A model generated the notes under the pieces. It made no database searches. It was not told the origin of the DNA and was given only the letters and a program-made list of their open reading frames with translations. A stretch of 64,000 nt of DNA. Origin: Eledone cirrhosa. Its lineage: Eukaryota. Shown here in pieces: positions 13,818 through 27,561 of the stretch (position 1 is its first letter; every line of letters begins with the position of its first letter). Location of the stretch: positions 36,828,001 through 36,892,000 of the forward strand of contig OZ024746.1 in NCBI GenBank assembly GCA_964016885.1, in the 5' to 3' direction. A program made the position numbers and the translations under genes.

Positions 13818-15840
13818 TTATTTTAATTTATATTCCTTTGAGTTCCGATGAGCCACTCTGTTTTTTTAAATATGTTAATTATTTTCAACTGAACCAGATC
13901 AATTATGATACATAGTCATCTGATCCAGAAATATTATACGGAGTAGCGAAACAATTGTAAACGAGCATTATTATTATTAATATTATTATTATTATTCTCT
14001 ACATTCCTTACATCAAACTAAATATGTTGACAATTTTTTAATAATGTCTTCCTTGTGAAATGTGTGGTCTTGTTTTGCTTAACTAATGATTATTTCCATC
14101 TCTGCGCACCTAACCTCTGCATGAACCCAGCCACCTAGCTGCTTTCTACTGCATATTGCACATTGAGCACATGCCTTTACGCTTTGGCTTCTAACTAACT
14201 CACCAATCTTTCCTCTCATATCTACTCTACTATCTCAATCTCTCTCTTTAAGATTGGTTACTCTTGAACTGTGTATACTTGAGCTCCCGTAGTTGAGCTA
14301 TTTACTGTTAGAAATCACCATGTTGAGCAAACAGGAACTCAGAATATCGCTTAAGTCCATACCTATTCCGGACAGAAAGACATACCTCAAACTATTAATA
14401 CAGAGTGTCAACTCTTTCATCCGAAGAATACGATGGAAAGCGTACCACTTTGACCGTGAGGTTGCTGCTGACGCCGGAAGTACAGCAAATAGATATGGAT
14501 TTGCCACATGCAAGAACCCCCCACACAACATCCTGCTGGACCCTTTTGAGAAAGATTTATTCAACTTCGTCAGGAGCATTAAGTTCAAAAAGCATTATAG
14601 ACACATGAATAACTTCCTCACTATATTAGCAACAACTATAAACAAATTTAAGGATAGCAACCTCTTACATGTTATGTCTGACAAAACCAACAATCTATAC
14701 ACCATGACTCCTGAAATTTACAACTCTTTCCTTCTTAAAGAAATCAACAAAAACTATTAAAAAAACTACACCCTCCGGTGTAAACGTACTTAACCGAAAA
14801 GCCCAGGCTTTGGTTAAGGACTTGCATTTGGATAGATTTACCCACCCTTATGTACCAACAATCCCAAGGTTCTCTCTCAATGACCACAAGCCAAACTTTA
14901 TAGAGAACCCATCCATTATACTCATAAGCCCAACCACATCTGACCTGGGCCGCATCATTAAGAACATCCTTGATAGGTTAATCCCTGGGCTACGGGATAA
15001 TAACACCTACAAGTTGTAGTCCAACACTGGCCAAGTCATCAGATGGTTCTCCGATCTAAGGTCCAAGCAATCTATGAGGTTCATCCAATTTGATATAGAC
15101 AGCTATTACGCGTCAATAACCCCGGATCTGCTCAACAAAGCACTAGCCCTAGCAACCACCAACTCGGACATAACCAATAATGAGATTAACATCATACTTA
15201 TGGCTAGGCAGTCTATCATTGAATTCAACGGAGCACCCTGGACTAGAAAAGATAGAACAGATAACTTTGACATTACGATGGGCTCAAGCGACTCGGCGCA
15301 AGTCACCGATTTAGTTGGGATTTAACTATTACGTAACATCAGAGAGGAAATCCCACCCATGCAAGGTGGAATATACAGGGACGACGCCCTATTTGCAGTC
15401 CACAATTGCACTAATCGGGGAATCGATTTGCTTAAGAAACAATTTCATAGATTCTTAAAAAATGACGGTCTCTCTATCACCATCGAGCTGAACCATAAAG
15501 TAGTAAACTTCCTAGACGTCACCCTTGATCTCAACAATAACCTTTATAACCCTTACCATAAACCGGGGGAAATACTCACATATATTAGCCCACACTCTAA
15601 CCACCCACCGGCAGTCATCAGAGCAGTAATCAAATCTATCTCCTATAGCATCTCAATGCTATCAGCAAATGAAGAGATATTTATAAACCACGCACAATAT
15701 TATAATAAAGCTCTCTCTGAAGCTGGTTATAAAACAATCAATTTATTACATACCAACATGCCATAACACAGCAACTCACCATAATAAACTTAATACTAGA
15801 ACTAGTAATACCTTAGCATATAGCCAGATTCGCCAGAATT
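13818..15840 (+). pseudogene. PLE family A: pseudo-LTR, N-terminal domain and RT; degenerate and 3'-truncated
   Basis: ATG 14320; SLKSIPIP..IRRIRWKAYHF, SDKTNN, QFDIDSYY (motif A), MGSSDSAQVTDLVG (motif B), GIYRDD (motif C), VNFLDV; stops at 14758, 15017, 15323 plus frameshifts. Confidence 0.9.
13842..13962 (+). ncRNA. Type I HHR motif in family A pseudo-LTR (copies 30661-30781 minus, 33720-33840 plus)
   Basis: gtt-CCGATGA-gccactctgt...acggagtagc-GAAAC-aatt-GTA-aac; palindromic stem III ACAATTGT; ~95 nt stem II. Confidence 0.7.
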
Positions 15841-16122
15841 CGCCAACTAAGCACACAGCACACACAAAAACAAGATGGCGTAGGACAGAACAAAGGAGAG
15901 GCACACAAATAAAGAAGAGAATCCCCAGTCACTGAAGAGGTCACATAATGTGTGACGGAAAAACTTTGACAATATATGAACAATCGTCTGGTTGTGGAAC
16001 CAACCACCCAACCGGAAATTTATAAATTCCTTCATTTATAAATTTAATTAATAATAAATTGAAGTGAAAGCACTGGTGCGTGTGTTTCTTGTTGGCAACA
16101 TGACCCTCCCAAAGTATAACAA
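15841..16122 (+). mobile_element. PLE family B 3' end (HHR at 15928-15970) fused to family A
   Basis: Matches 5184-5470; mirror copy at 28500-28782. Confidence 0.85.
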
Positions 16123-16132
16123 TATATATATA

Positions 16133-16171
<39 letters not shown>

Positions 16172-16181
<10 letters not shown>

Positions 16182-17068
16182 TAAACAAATAATGATAAAC
16201 AATTCCTTATATTAAACAAAAAAAGTTCATTATTTAACGATCGTTTCTAGGATATATATGTGTTAGAATTGGTATGCATATTCAACAGATCTATGTACAA
16301 AATTATACAAAATTATACAAATTATCAAGATTAAATATACATACCAAACACATATATACGCCGTCTTCAGAAATAATGAAGTATATTTATTGATAATAAC
16401 AACAATTCAAAATTTCAGGTCCGTTTGGGAACAAAATTGACCAATGAAAACACAAAGGGTTAAATGCAGTTCGGTGTGTGTATATACATGTAAAACCCTT
16501 ACACATATTTTACAAAAATGTATGTATAATTTGTATACGCATACTAAAAGGATGGATGCAAATACAAAATTTCAAGGTTAATGTCTCTGTAAGTTTATAA
16601 TGCGCAGATAAGATGCGTATTGACACTTATGAAGTTAAGTATATAAATATATTTTTTCATACTCACACATATCCGTACAATCACACATACACGCGCGTAT
16701 ATGCATAAATATACACATAACCACGAACATACAAACACACACACACCCCCACTCACATTTATATATGTGGATATAAAATCATAAGCACATGGATATTAAT
16801 TCACTCACATAAAACACTGGCACACACATTTTTAGATCAAGATACAGAAATTAGGTGGGAGGGGGGGGGGGGGGGAGGGGTCAGTATTCAACGGTCTGAG
16901 CAGACTGCCTAATATAAATGTATCTATAAACTAAGAAAAATAAAAAAATAAAATATAATAAATAAAACATTAAAGAGGAAAGAATAGAAAGAAAAACAGA
17001 AAAAAGAAAAAAGAAAAAAGAAAAAAGAAATATATCAAGAAAATAAATATATATATATACACATATAT

Positions 17069-17111
<43 letters not shown>

Positions 17112-17307
17112 TATATATATATATATAAAAACATACATATATATACACATAGACACACACACATCCATACATAAATATACACACATATATAAACACATAC
17201 ATACATATACACACATCCACACTAAGAACATACATATATACACATATATAAACATATACATATACACACATACATACATATACACATATACATACAAATA
17301 CACATAC

Positions 17308-17366
<59 letters not shown>

Positions 17367-17682
17367 TATGTACATACACTTACATATACACACACATATA
17401 CATATAATCACACATACTATATAGACACAGATATATATAACCACACACATACATGCACATATACAACACTTACATACTAATATACATACAGATATACACA
17501 TACATAGCTATATATACACACAAATATATACAAACTTACATATATACATACAGACAGATACTTACGCATCTATATATCGGTATATACATACAAACACCAC
17601 TACACTATCACACAACTTAGAAATACAAAGAGAAAGGTATATACCTATACACACATACATATACAAATAGAAAAACATATAG

Positions 17683-17717
<35 letters not shown>

Positions 17718-17740
17718 TATACATATACATATATATATAT

Positions 17741-17778
<38 letters not shown>

Positions 17779-18016
17779 CAAATACACATACACACACATA
17801 CAGATATATACACATACATACATGTACACACACATAGAAATATTTACGCATACACACATACACACATACATATAAAGTCATACACACACATACACCTACA
17901 CGAACATACACATACACATATATAAAGATATATATACACACACACACACACGCAACACATACACACATACACATATATATAAAAAATAAATAATAAAGAT
18001 ATATACTTATATATAT

Positions 18017-18067
<51 letters not shown>

Positions 18068-18442
18068 CACCTAAATATACATACACATACATACACACAT
18101 ACATAGACATACATGTACATACATATACGTACATCGATATACATATATATATATATATATACACACATAGACATATACATACATACACACACAACTTACA
18201 TACACACATATATATACATGTATATTCATACATAGAATTAGATATATAATCATACATACATATGCACTTACTTATACTCATATATACAAATACATACGCA
18301 TCCATATATGCGTATATACATAAAAAACCACTACAACCTCACCTAACTCAGACATACAAATAAAAATAATAATAAAAAGGCATATGTATATACATACACA
18401 CACGCATTAATAGAGATATATATATACACACATACACATACA

Positions 18443-18493
<51 letters not shown>

Positions 18494-18866
18494 ACTCATA
18501 CATATATATATATATATACATAGATACCCACACACCCATACCACCATAAATACACATACAAACACCCACATATACATATATATACACACGTATATATATA
18601 TATATATATACACACACATAAAAAACAGACATGCACATATATATATATTTTTTTACACTTATATATACACATATTATATACACATACACAACCTCACTTA
18701 TACACACATACACATAAGTTATATTATAATAATAAAAAATAATATATATATATATATATACATATATATACATATACATACATACATATATATATATATA
18801 TACATATAAACATATACATACATATATACACACATACGAATATAGACATATATTCACACATAGACA

Positions 18867-18908
<42 letters not shown>

Positions 18909-21082
18909 TACATATACACAGACACATATACACACTCACATATATATATGTGTGTGTGCACACACACATATATACACACATACACATATATACACATAAA
19001 CACATATATGTGCATACATGCACACACACACACATATATCACATAGATACGAAGATAGTCATATAAATAGAGAGACATACATATATATACAACACGCATA
19101 CACACACATACATATACACGCATATACATATACATATATATATACATATATATATATTCCTATATATACATATATACATATATATACACATATATACACA
19201 TACATACACATATACGTACACACATTCACATACACATACATATATACACATGCATATATACACATATATACATACATACACACACTCATATATACACACA
19301 CAATCTTACATTCATATTTGCATGCGCATATATGTATTTTTATATTTAGATATAAATACCCAAACCTATATAGACACCTACCTACATATATATTCATACA
19401 TAGACGCTTACAAATACAGATGATAATAGTATGGGGGAAAGGGGGGGTTTGGAGAAGGGGATCAAAGTAAATATATGTTTCAAGAAACATAGAATATTTT
19501 CCGTATCTTTATCCAATGTATGTTTTTACATATTTTCAGTGTTAGGAAATACAACAAACAAGAACTAAGGCAAAATCTATGCATCTCAAAATAAACAAGT
19601 ATACCATTAATCATACGTTAACTAAACCAAAGATAGTTAACATATTGATTTCTAAGGTGTAAATTAGTTAGGTTTATAATATTTGAAGCAGAATTTTGAA
19701 GTTAAATAGTAGTAGAGTATTAATTACAGTATAACTAAATTAAAGTTAATAACGTTATGGTATCAATATTAGGAAATGAATTTAGTAATAGGGAAAAAAA
19801 ACAAATAAAATAAAGTATTACATCGGTAGTAGAATATAAATTATAGGTTAACTAAATTAAAAATTATATATTTATTTCTATAGTATATGTTAATTAGGTA
19901 TACAATACATAAAGCAGATATTGTATTTCATCAATAGCATAATATAATTATATGCAAATAGAAATCAAAATTAATACGCATACATATACATATACATACA
20001 CATACATATACACATATATATACACACACATATATATATATATACATATATACACATATACATACACACACACATACACATACACATATACATATACATA
20101 TCTTTTTCAAAAAATTGCATAGAATATATTAACTAGGTATATATCCAAAACACATCCCATTCTATGATTACATGACATTCTGCAATTCGTCTGTATAAGG
20201 ATACTAATTTTAAGCAAATTAAAATTAAAATTTTTAGGTTGATTAAAACTAAAACCAAATTATAAATATATTTCTAAAATGTATATTAATTAGGTCTATA
20301 ATACTAAAAATTATTTCTCTGTCATTGGATACACGATATTATTTTGTTATATTTTATCTGTAAAAGAATTATAATAAAAGGTTTAAATAAATTAAAATTA
20401 ATCTATAAATTAAATTACTAAGTATATATTAGTAATATTTAAAGGTTTTTCACAATTTATGATTACATAATATTTTATATTCTCATCTGTAATAAAATTT
20501 TAATTAAATTAAATTTATAGGTTAACTAACATTTAAATTAAATTAATTTCTAAAATAATGTTATTAATTAGGTTTATAATATTTAAATGTTTTTTTTAGT
20601 TTATGATTACACGATATAATTAATTCCTGTCGTTTATTTAATAAGATATCCTTAGACTTCATTATTTCAAATAGTTCTTGGGAACATAATCTACATTCAT
20701 TTCTATTATTTTGATAAGGGGTGGCTCTTTTGAGCACACTCCAGGTCAAATCATATTTTATATTCTTATTTTTATAACTATTGATTTTTTCTGCTAGAGA
20801 TGTTGATTAGCCAGTGCGGCATTTTTAAAACTATGCTTGTGGGTATTAAACCTTGTCTTAAAATTGTTAGAGGTAGCTCCTATATATGAGCAAATAGAAT
20901 CTTTAGTTTTAACATTACATTTATAGACTATGTTGTTAACAAGACAATTCCCTTTTAATGGGCAGTTTGCTTTGTTTCTACAGTTACATCCTTTCGTTAA
21001 TTCTGTATTTGAAGAGATATTATGGTTAATTTGATGTACTGGTGGTATACTTATGGTTTTCTTACATTTATATGCATTATAT
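16172..21082 (-). mobile_element. Inverted 5'-truncated copy of PLE family C (GIY-YIG, long 3' UTR, pseudo-LTR)
   Basis: Reverse complement of 23553-28452; GIY-YIG ORF pieces 20564-21082 with a 1 nt frameshift near 20805. Confidence 0.92.
16226..16380 (-). ncRNA. Type I hammerhead ribozyme (family C)
   Basis: Reverse complement of 21133-21287. Confidence 0.8.
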
Positions 21083-21132
21083 TCCCAAACGGACCTGAAA
21101 TTTTGAATTGTTGTTATTATCAATAAATATAC

Positions 21133-21287
21133 TTCATTATTTCTGAAGACGGCGTATATATGTGTTTGGTATGTATATTTAATCTTGATAATTTGTATAA
21201 TTTTGTATAATTTTGTACATAGATCTGTTGAATATGCATACCAATTCTAACACATATATATCCTAGAAACGATCGTTAAATAATGAA
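21133..21287 (+). ncRNA. Type I hammerhead ribozyme with ~115 nt stem II (5' pseudo-LTR)
   Basis: ttcattattt-CTGAAGA-...tatatatgtgtt-tggtatgtatatt...aatatgcatacca...aacacatatata...-GAAAC-gatc-GTT-aaataatgaa; perfect 10 bp stem I; palindromic AACGATCGTT in stem III. Confidence 0.85.
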
Positions 21288-21630
21288 CTTTTTTTGTTTA
21301 ATATAAGGAATTGTTTATTCATTATTTGTTTAATATTTTATCTTGACTCTGTATACCGTTTATCTTTCACCGAAAGTGGTTTTTCATTACATCTCTTCTT
21401 TCCATGATATCCGGAATACATTGAGTTCTTCATACGGATTGGACACTACCGTAAACTCTTGGTAGATTTATCTACATAATTTTGCTCCTATTTTCACGGA
21501 AATATTCGTATTTTTGTACTGTATGTGTGTATTAATTTTATATTTATGTATATACATATATATATGTATGATTTTGTAAACCCATATACATTTAGTTGAG
21601 CTCTTTCAATTGTCCATCATCCATATCACA

Positions 21631-24072
21631 ATGGAAAAACAATATTTAGGAACCTCCTTGAAAAACATACCAATACCTTCTAAGGATGACTTCTTACTCC
21701 TTATGATTCAGAAAACTAATAATTTTATCAGAAGGGTTAGATGGAGAGCCTACCACTTCGATAGAAAATCTAAACAAGCAGATCGGAAATATATGTATGA
21801 TTTCAATACTTACAAGAATCCACCACACAACTTTTTACTTGAAGACTTCGAGAAAGACCTTTTTAATTTAATTAAACACCTCAAATTTAAAAAGTATAAA
21901 TCCGTCTTTCAAAAGGACCTTGATTCTACCCTATTGGACCTAAAAAAGTCTAAAAAAATCCATGTCCACTCGGACAAAACTGGTAACTTGTATCATATGG
22001 ATATTGAACATTATAACGAGTTCATATATAAAGAACTCAGAAAAAATTATAAAAAATCTAATAATGTGTCACTCACCAACATCAACAACAAAACACACAA
22101 CATAGTAAAAAAACTAAACATTGAAGATAGAACTGAACCTTTGGCATTGAAAAGACCACACTTCAACCTGAAAGATCACAAATCTAACTTTAACTCAAAT
22201 CCTTCTATTAGACTTATATGTCCCTCCAAATCAGATATTGGAATAATTAGCAAACAAATTTTAGATAGAGTCATCCCACAAATAAGAAAACACGTTATTT
22301 TACCACTCTGGGAAAACACCTCCCAGGTAATTAACTGATTTAAAAATATTAGGTGTAAATCTTCTGCTTCTTTCCTACAATTTGATATAGATAATTACTA
22401 TTCTTCTATATCACCTATACTCCTGAACAAAGCATTGATATTTGCTAAAAATAGATCTAACTTAACTTTGGATGACATTAACATTATTACACATGCTAGA
22501 CTAACACTTATTGAATTTCAGAATGAATACTGGACCAGAAACACATACAGTAATCTTTTTGATATTACTATGGGTTCAAGCGATTCCGCCCAAATTACTG
22601 ATCTTGTGGGCCTCTTTCTCCTTTTCAACATAAATGCCTCTTTTCCCCACCTCAAAGGTGGTTTATATCGTGATGACTGTCTTCTTCTTTCTAACAACCT
22701 TAGCCTTTCAGAAATTGAAAAAAACAAAAAACATATTAGAACTTTCCTTAAAGACTATTATAATCTTAATATTACTTTTGAAAAAACAAGTAAAGTAGTA
22801 AATTTCCTAGATATAACTTTAGATTTAGCTACGGGTATCTACCAACCTTACCATAAACCTAACCAAAACTTACATTACATACACTCACAATCTAATCACC
22901 CTAAATCTATCCTTAAAAACCTTGCATATAATATAACACTTAGAATTTCTAACCTTTCTTCTAACCAAGATGTATTTGATAAAAATGCGACCTTCTATAA
23001 CGAAGCTCTAGATAGAAGTGGCCACAAAAATAGATTAGAGTATATACCTTCTACTAAAAATACTGAAAGCATACAACATAATATTACCAACAAACACCAA
23101 ATGAAAAGTACACACCTAAATGCCACCCACACTATACCCCAAAATACCAAATCTTCTAATATAAAGTATAGTAACTCTCAAAAAACTACTCATCATACAA
23201 CTCTAATAAATATTAATAATAAAACTCCTAATAAAAAGGATAAAACACCTAAATCTACAAATATAACTAAAAATAGTTGTGGTGAGATCATTAACATTAA
23301 TCCGCCTAGTAAAAATCACGATACAACCTATAAAAATAATAAAAATAATAAACAACATAGAAACCGTAATAGACGGGTTACTTGGTATAATGCTCCTTTT
23401 AATTTACAAGTTAAGGATAATATTGCTAAAAAATTTTTTTATATCCTTGAGAAAAACTTCCCGCCAAACCACAAATACCATCAAATCTTAAATAGGTCTA
23501 CAGTTAAATTCTCATACTCTACAACAAATAACATAAAACAAAATATAAGTGCATATAATGCATATAAATGTAAGAAAACCATAAGTATACCACCAGTACA
23601 TCAAATTAACCATAATATCTCCTCAAATACAGAATTAACGAAAGGATGTAACTGTAGAAACAAAGCAAACTGCCCATTAAAAGGGAATTGTCTTGTTAAC
23701 AACATAGTCTATAAATGTAATGTTAAAACTAAAGATTCTATTTGCTCATATATAGGAGCTACCTCTAACAATTTTAAGACAAGGTTTAATACCCACAAGC
23801 ATAGTTTTAAAAATGCCGCACTGGCTAATACAACATCTCTAGCAGAAAAAATCAATAGTTATAAAAATAAGAATATAAAATATGATTTGACCTGGAGTGT
23901 GCTCAAAAGAGCCACCCCTTATCAAAATAATAGAAATGAATGTAGATTATGTTCCCAAGAACTATTTGAAATAATGAAGTCTAAGGATATCTTATTAAAT
24001 AAACGACAGGAATTAATTATATCGTGTAATCATAAACTAAAAAAAACATTTAAATATTATAAACCTAATTAA
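21631..24072 (+). CDS. PLE polyprotein: reverse transcriptase plus GIY-YIG endonuclease (813 codons, one in-frame TGA at 22336-22338)
   Basis: ORFs 21610..22338 and 22435..24072 share a frame and the gap is open (..VIN*FKNIRCKSSASFLQFDIDNYY..). Motifs SLKNIPIPS, SDKTGN, FDIDNYY, MGSSDSA, GLYRDD, NFLD, CNCRNKANCPLKGNC, IVYKC..YIG, RFNTH, CRLC..E, LLNKRQE..CNH. These resemble the C-terminal-EN Hydra-type PLEs, but the clade needs a phylogeny. Confidence 0.88.
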
Positions 24073-25727
24073 TAACATTATTTTAGAAATTAATTTAATT
24101 TAAATGTTAGTTAACCTATAAATTTAATTTAATTAAAATTTTATTACAGATGAGAATATAAAATATTATGTAATCATAAATTGTGAAAAACCTTTAAATA
24201 TTACTAATATATACTTAGTAATTTAATTTATAGATTAATTTTAATTTATTTAAACCTTTTATTATAATTCTTTTACAGATAAAATATAACAAAATAATAT
24301 CGTGTATCCAATGACAGAGAAATAATTTTTAGTATTATAGACCTAATTAATATACATTTTAGAAATATATTTATAATTTGGTTTTAGTTTTAATCAACCT
24401 AAAAATTTTAATTTTAATTTGCTTAAAATTAGTATCCTTATACAGACGAATTGCAGAATGTCATGTAATCATAGAATGGGATGTGTTTTGGATATATACC
24501 TAGTTAATATATTCTATGCAATTTTTTGAAAAAGATATGTATATGTATATGTGTATGTGTATGTGTGTGTGTATGTATATGTGTATATATGTATATATAT
24601 ATATATATGTGTGTATATATATGTGTATATGTATGTGTATGTATATGTATATGTATGCGTATTAATTTTGATTTCTATTTGCATATAATTATATTATGCT
24701 ATTGATGAAATACAATATCTGCTTTATGTATTGTATACCTAATTAACATATACTATAGAAATAAATATATAATTTTTAATTTAGTTAACCTATAATTTAT
24801 ATTCTACTACCGATGTAATACTTTATTTTATTTGTTTTTTTTCCCTATTACTAAATTCATTTCCTAATATTGATACCATAACGTTATTAACTTTAATTTA
24901 GTTATACTGTAATTAATACTCTACTACTATTTAACTTCAAAATTCTGCTTCAAATATTATAAACCTAACTAATTTACACCTTAGAAATCAATATGTTAAC
25001 TATCTTTGGTTTAGTTAACATATGATTAATGGTATACTTGTTTATTTTGAGATGCATAGATTTTGCCTTAGTTCTTGTTTGTTGTATTTCCTAACACTGA
25101 AAATATGTAAAAACATACATTGGATAAAGATACGGAAAATATTCTATGTTTCTTGAAACATATATTTACTTTGATCCCCTTCTCCAAACCCCCCCTTTCC
25201 CCCATACTATTATCATCTGTATTTGTAAGCGTCTATGTATGAATATATATGTAGGTAGGTGTCTATATAGGTTTGGGTATTTATATTTAAATATAAAAAT
25301 ACATATATGCGCATGCAAATATGAATGTAAGATTGTGTGTGTATATATGAGTGTGTGTATGTATGTATATATGTGTATATATGCATGTGTATATATGTAT
25401 GTGTATGTGAATGTGTGTACGTATATGTGTATGTATGTGTATATATGTGTATATATATGTATATATGTATATATAGGAATATATATATATGTATATATAT
25501 ATGTATATGTATATGCGTGTGTATGTATGTGTGTGTATGCGTGTTGTATATATATGTATGTCTCTCTATTTATATGTCTATCTTCGTATCTATGTGATAT
25601 ATGTGTGTGTGTGTGCATGTATGCACATATATGTGTTTATGTGTATATATGTGTATGTGTGTATATATGTGTGTGTGCACACACACATATATATATGTGA
25701 GTGTGTATATGTGTCTGTGTATATGTA

Positions 25728-25767
<40 letters not shown>

Positions 25768-26138
25768 TGTCTATGTGTGAATATATGTCTATATTCGTAT
25801 GTGTGTATATATGTATGTATATGTTTATATGTATATATATATATATATGTATGTATGTATATGTATATATATGTATATATATATATATATATTATTTTTT
25901 ATTATTATAATATAACTTATGTGTATGTGTGTATAAGTGAGGTTGTGTATGTGTATATAATATGTGTATATATAAGTGTAAAAAAATATATATATATGTG
26001 CATGTCTGTTTTTTATGTGTGTGTATATATATATATATATACGTGTGTATATATATGTATATGTGGGTGTTTGTATGTGTATTTATGGTGGTATGGGTGT
26101 GTGGGTATCTATGTATATATATATATATATGTATGAGT

Positions 26139-26189
<51 letters not shown>

Positions 26190-26564
26190 TGTATGTGTAT
26201 GTGTGTATATATATATCTCTATTAATGCGTGTGTGTATGTATATACATATGCCTTTTTATTATTATTTTTATTTGTATGTCTGAGTTAGGTGAGGTTGTA
26301 GTGGTTTTTTATGTATATACGCATATATGGATGCGTATGTATTTGTATATATGAGTATAAGTAAGTGCATATGTATGTATGATTATATATCTAATTCTAT
26401 GTATGAATATACATGTATATATATGTGTGTATGTAAGTTGTGTGTGTATGTATGTATATGTCTATGTGTGTATATATATATATATATATGTATATCGATG
26501 TACGTATATGTATGTACATGTATGTCTATGTATGTGTGTATGTATGTGTATGTATATTTAGGTG

Positions 26565-26613
<49 letters not shown>

Positions 26614-26851
26614 ATATATATAAGTATATATCTTTATTATTTATTTTTTATATATATGTGTATGTGTGTATGTGTTGCGTGTGTGTGTGTGTGTATATAT
26701 ATCTTTATATATGTGTATGTGTATGTTCGTGTAGGTGTATGTGTGTGTATGACTTTATATGTATGTGTGTATGTGTGTATGCGTAAATATGTCTATGTGT
26801 GTGTACATGTATGTATGTTTATATATCTGTATGTGTGTGTATGTGTATTTG

Positions 26852-26889
<38 letters not shown>

Positions 26890-26912
26890 ATATATATATA
26901 TGTATATGTATA

Positions 26913-26947
<35 letters not shown>

Positions 26948-27263
26948 CTATATGTTTTTCTATTTGTATATGTATGTGTGTATAGGTACATACCTTTCTC
27001 TTTGTATTTCTAAGTTGTGTGATAGTGTAGTGGTGTTTGTATGTATATACCGATATATAGATGCGTAAGTATTTGTCTGTATGTATATATGTAAGTTTGT
27101 ATATATTTGTGTGTATATATAGCTATGTATGTGTATATCTGTATGTATATTAGTATGTAAGTGTTGTATATGTGCATGTATGTGTGTGGTTATATATATC
27201 TGTGTCTATATAGTATGTGTGATTATATGTATATGTGTGTGTATATGTAAGTGTATGTACATA

Positions 27264-27322
<59 letters not shown>

Positions 27323-27518
27323 GTATGTGTATTTGTATGTATATGTGTATATGTATGTATGTGTGTATATGTATATGTTTATATATGTGTATATATGTAT
27401 GTTCTTAGTGTGGATGTGTGTATATGTATGTATGTGTTTATATATGTGTGTATATTTATGTATGGATGTGTGTGTGTCTATGTGTATATATATGTATGTT
27501 TTTATATATATATATATA

Positions 27519-27561
<43 letters not shown>

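Larger units (their letters stand above)
13756..21082. repeat. Left arm of 7.3 kb inverted duplication
   Basis: Mirror ORFs (14293..14760+ vs 29863..30330-, coordinate sum 44623; 19490/25146 and 20564/24072, sum 44636); only scattered substitutions and indels. Confidence 0.95.

Noticed and set aside
16881-19490. Many long YI/CV/HT-rich ORFs (also 25146-27749 and throughout the window)
   Set aside because: They are translations of TA/TG/CA microsatellites that lack stops, not proteins
21631-24072. Bacterial retron, group II intron or telomerase RT
   Set aside because: The C-terminal GIY-YIG domain, pseudo-LTRs with HHR and eukaryotic repeat context identify a Penelope-like element
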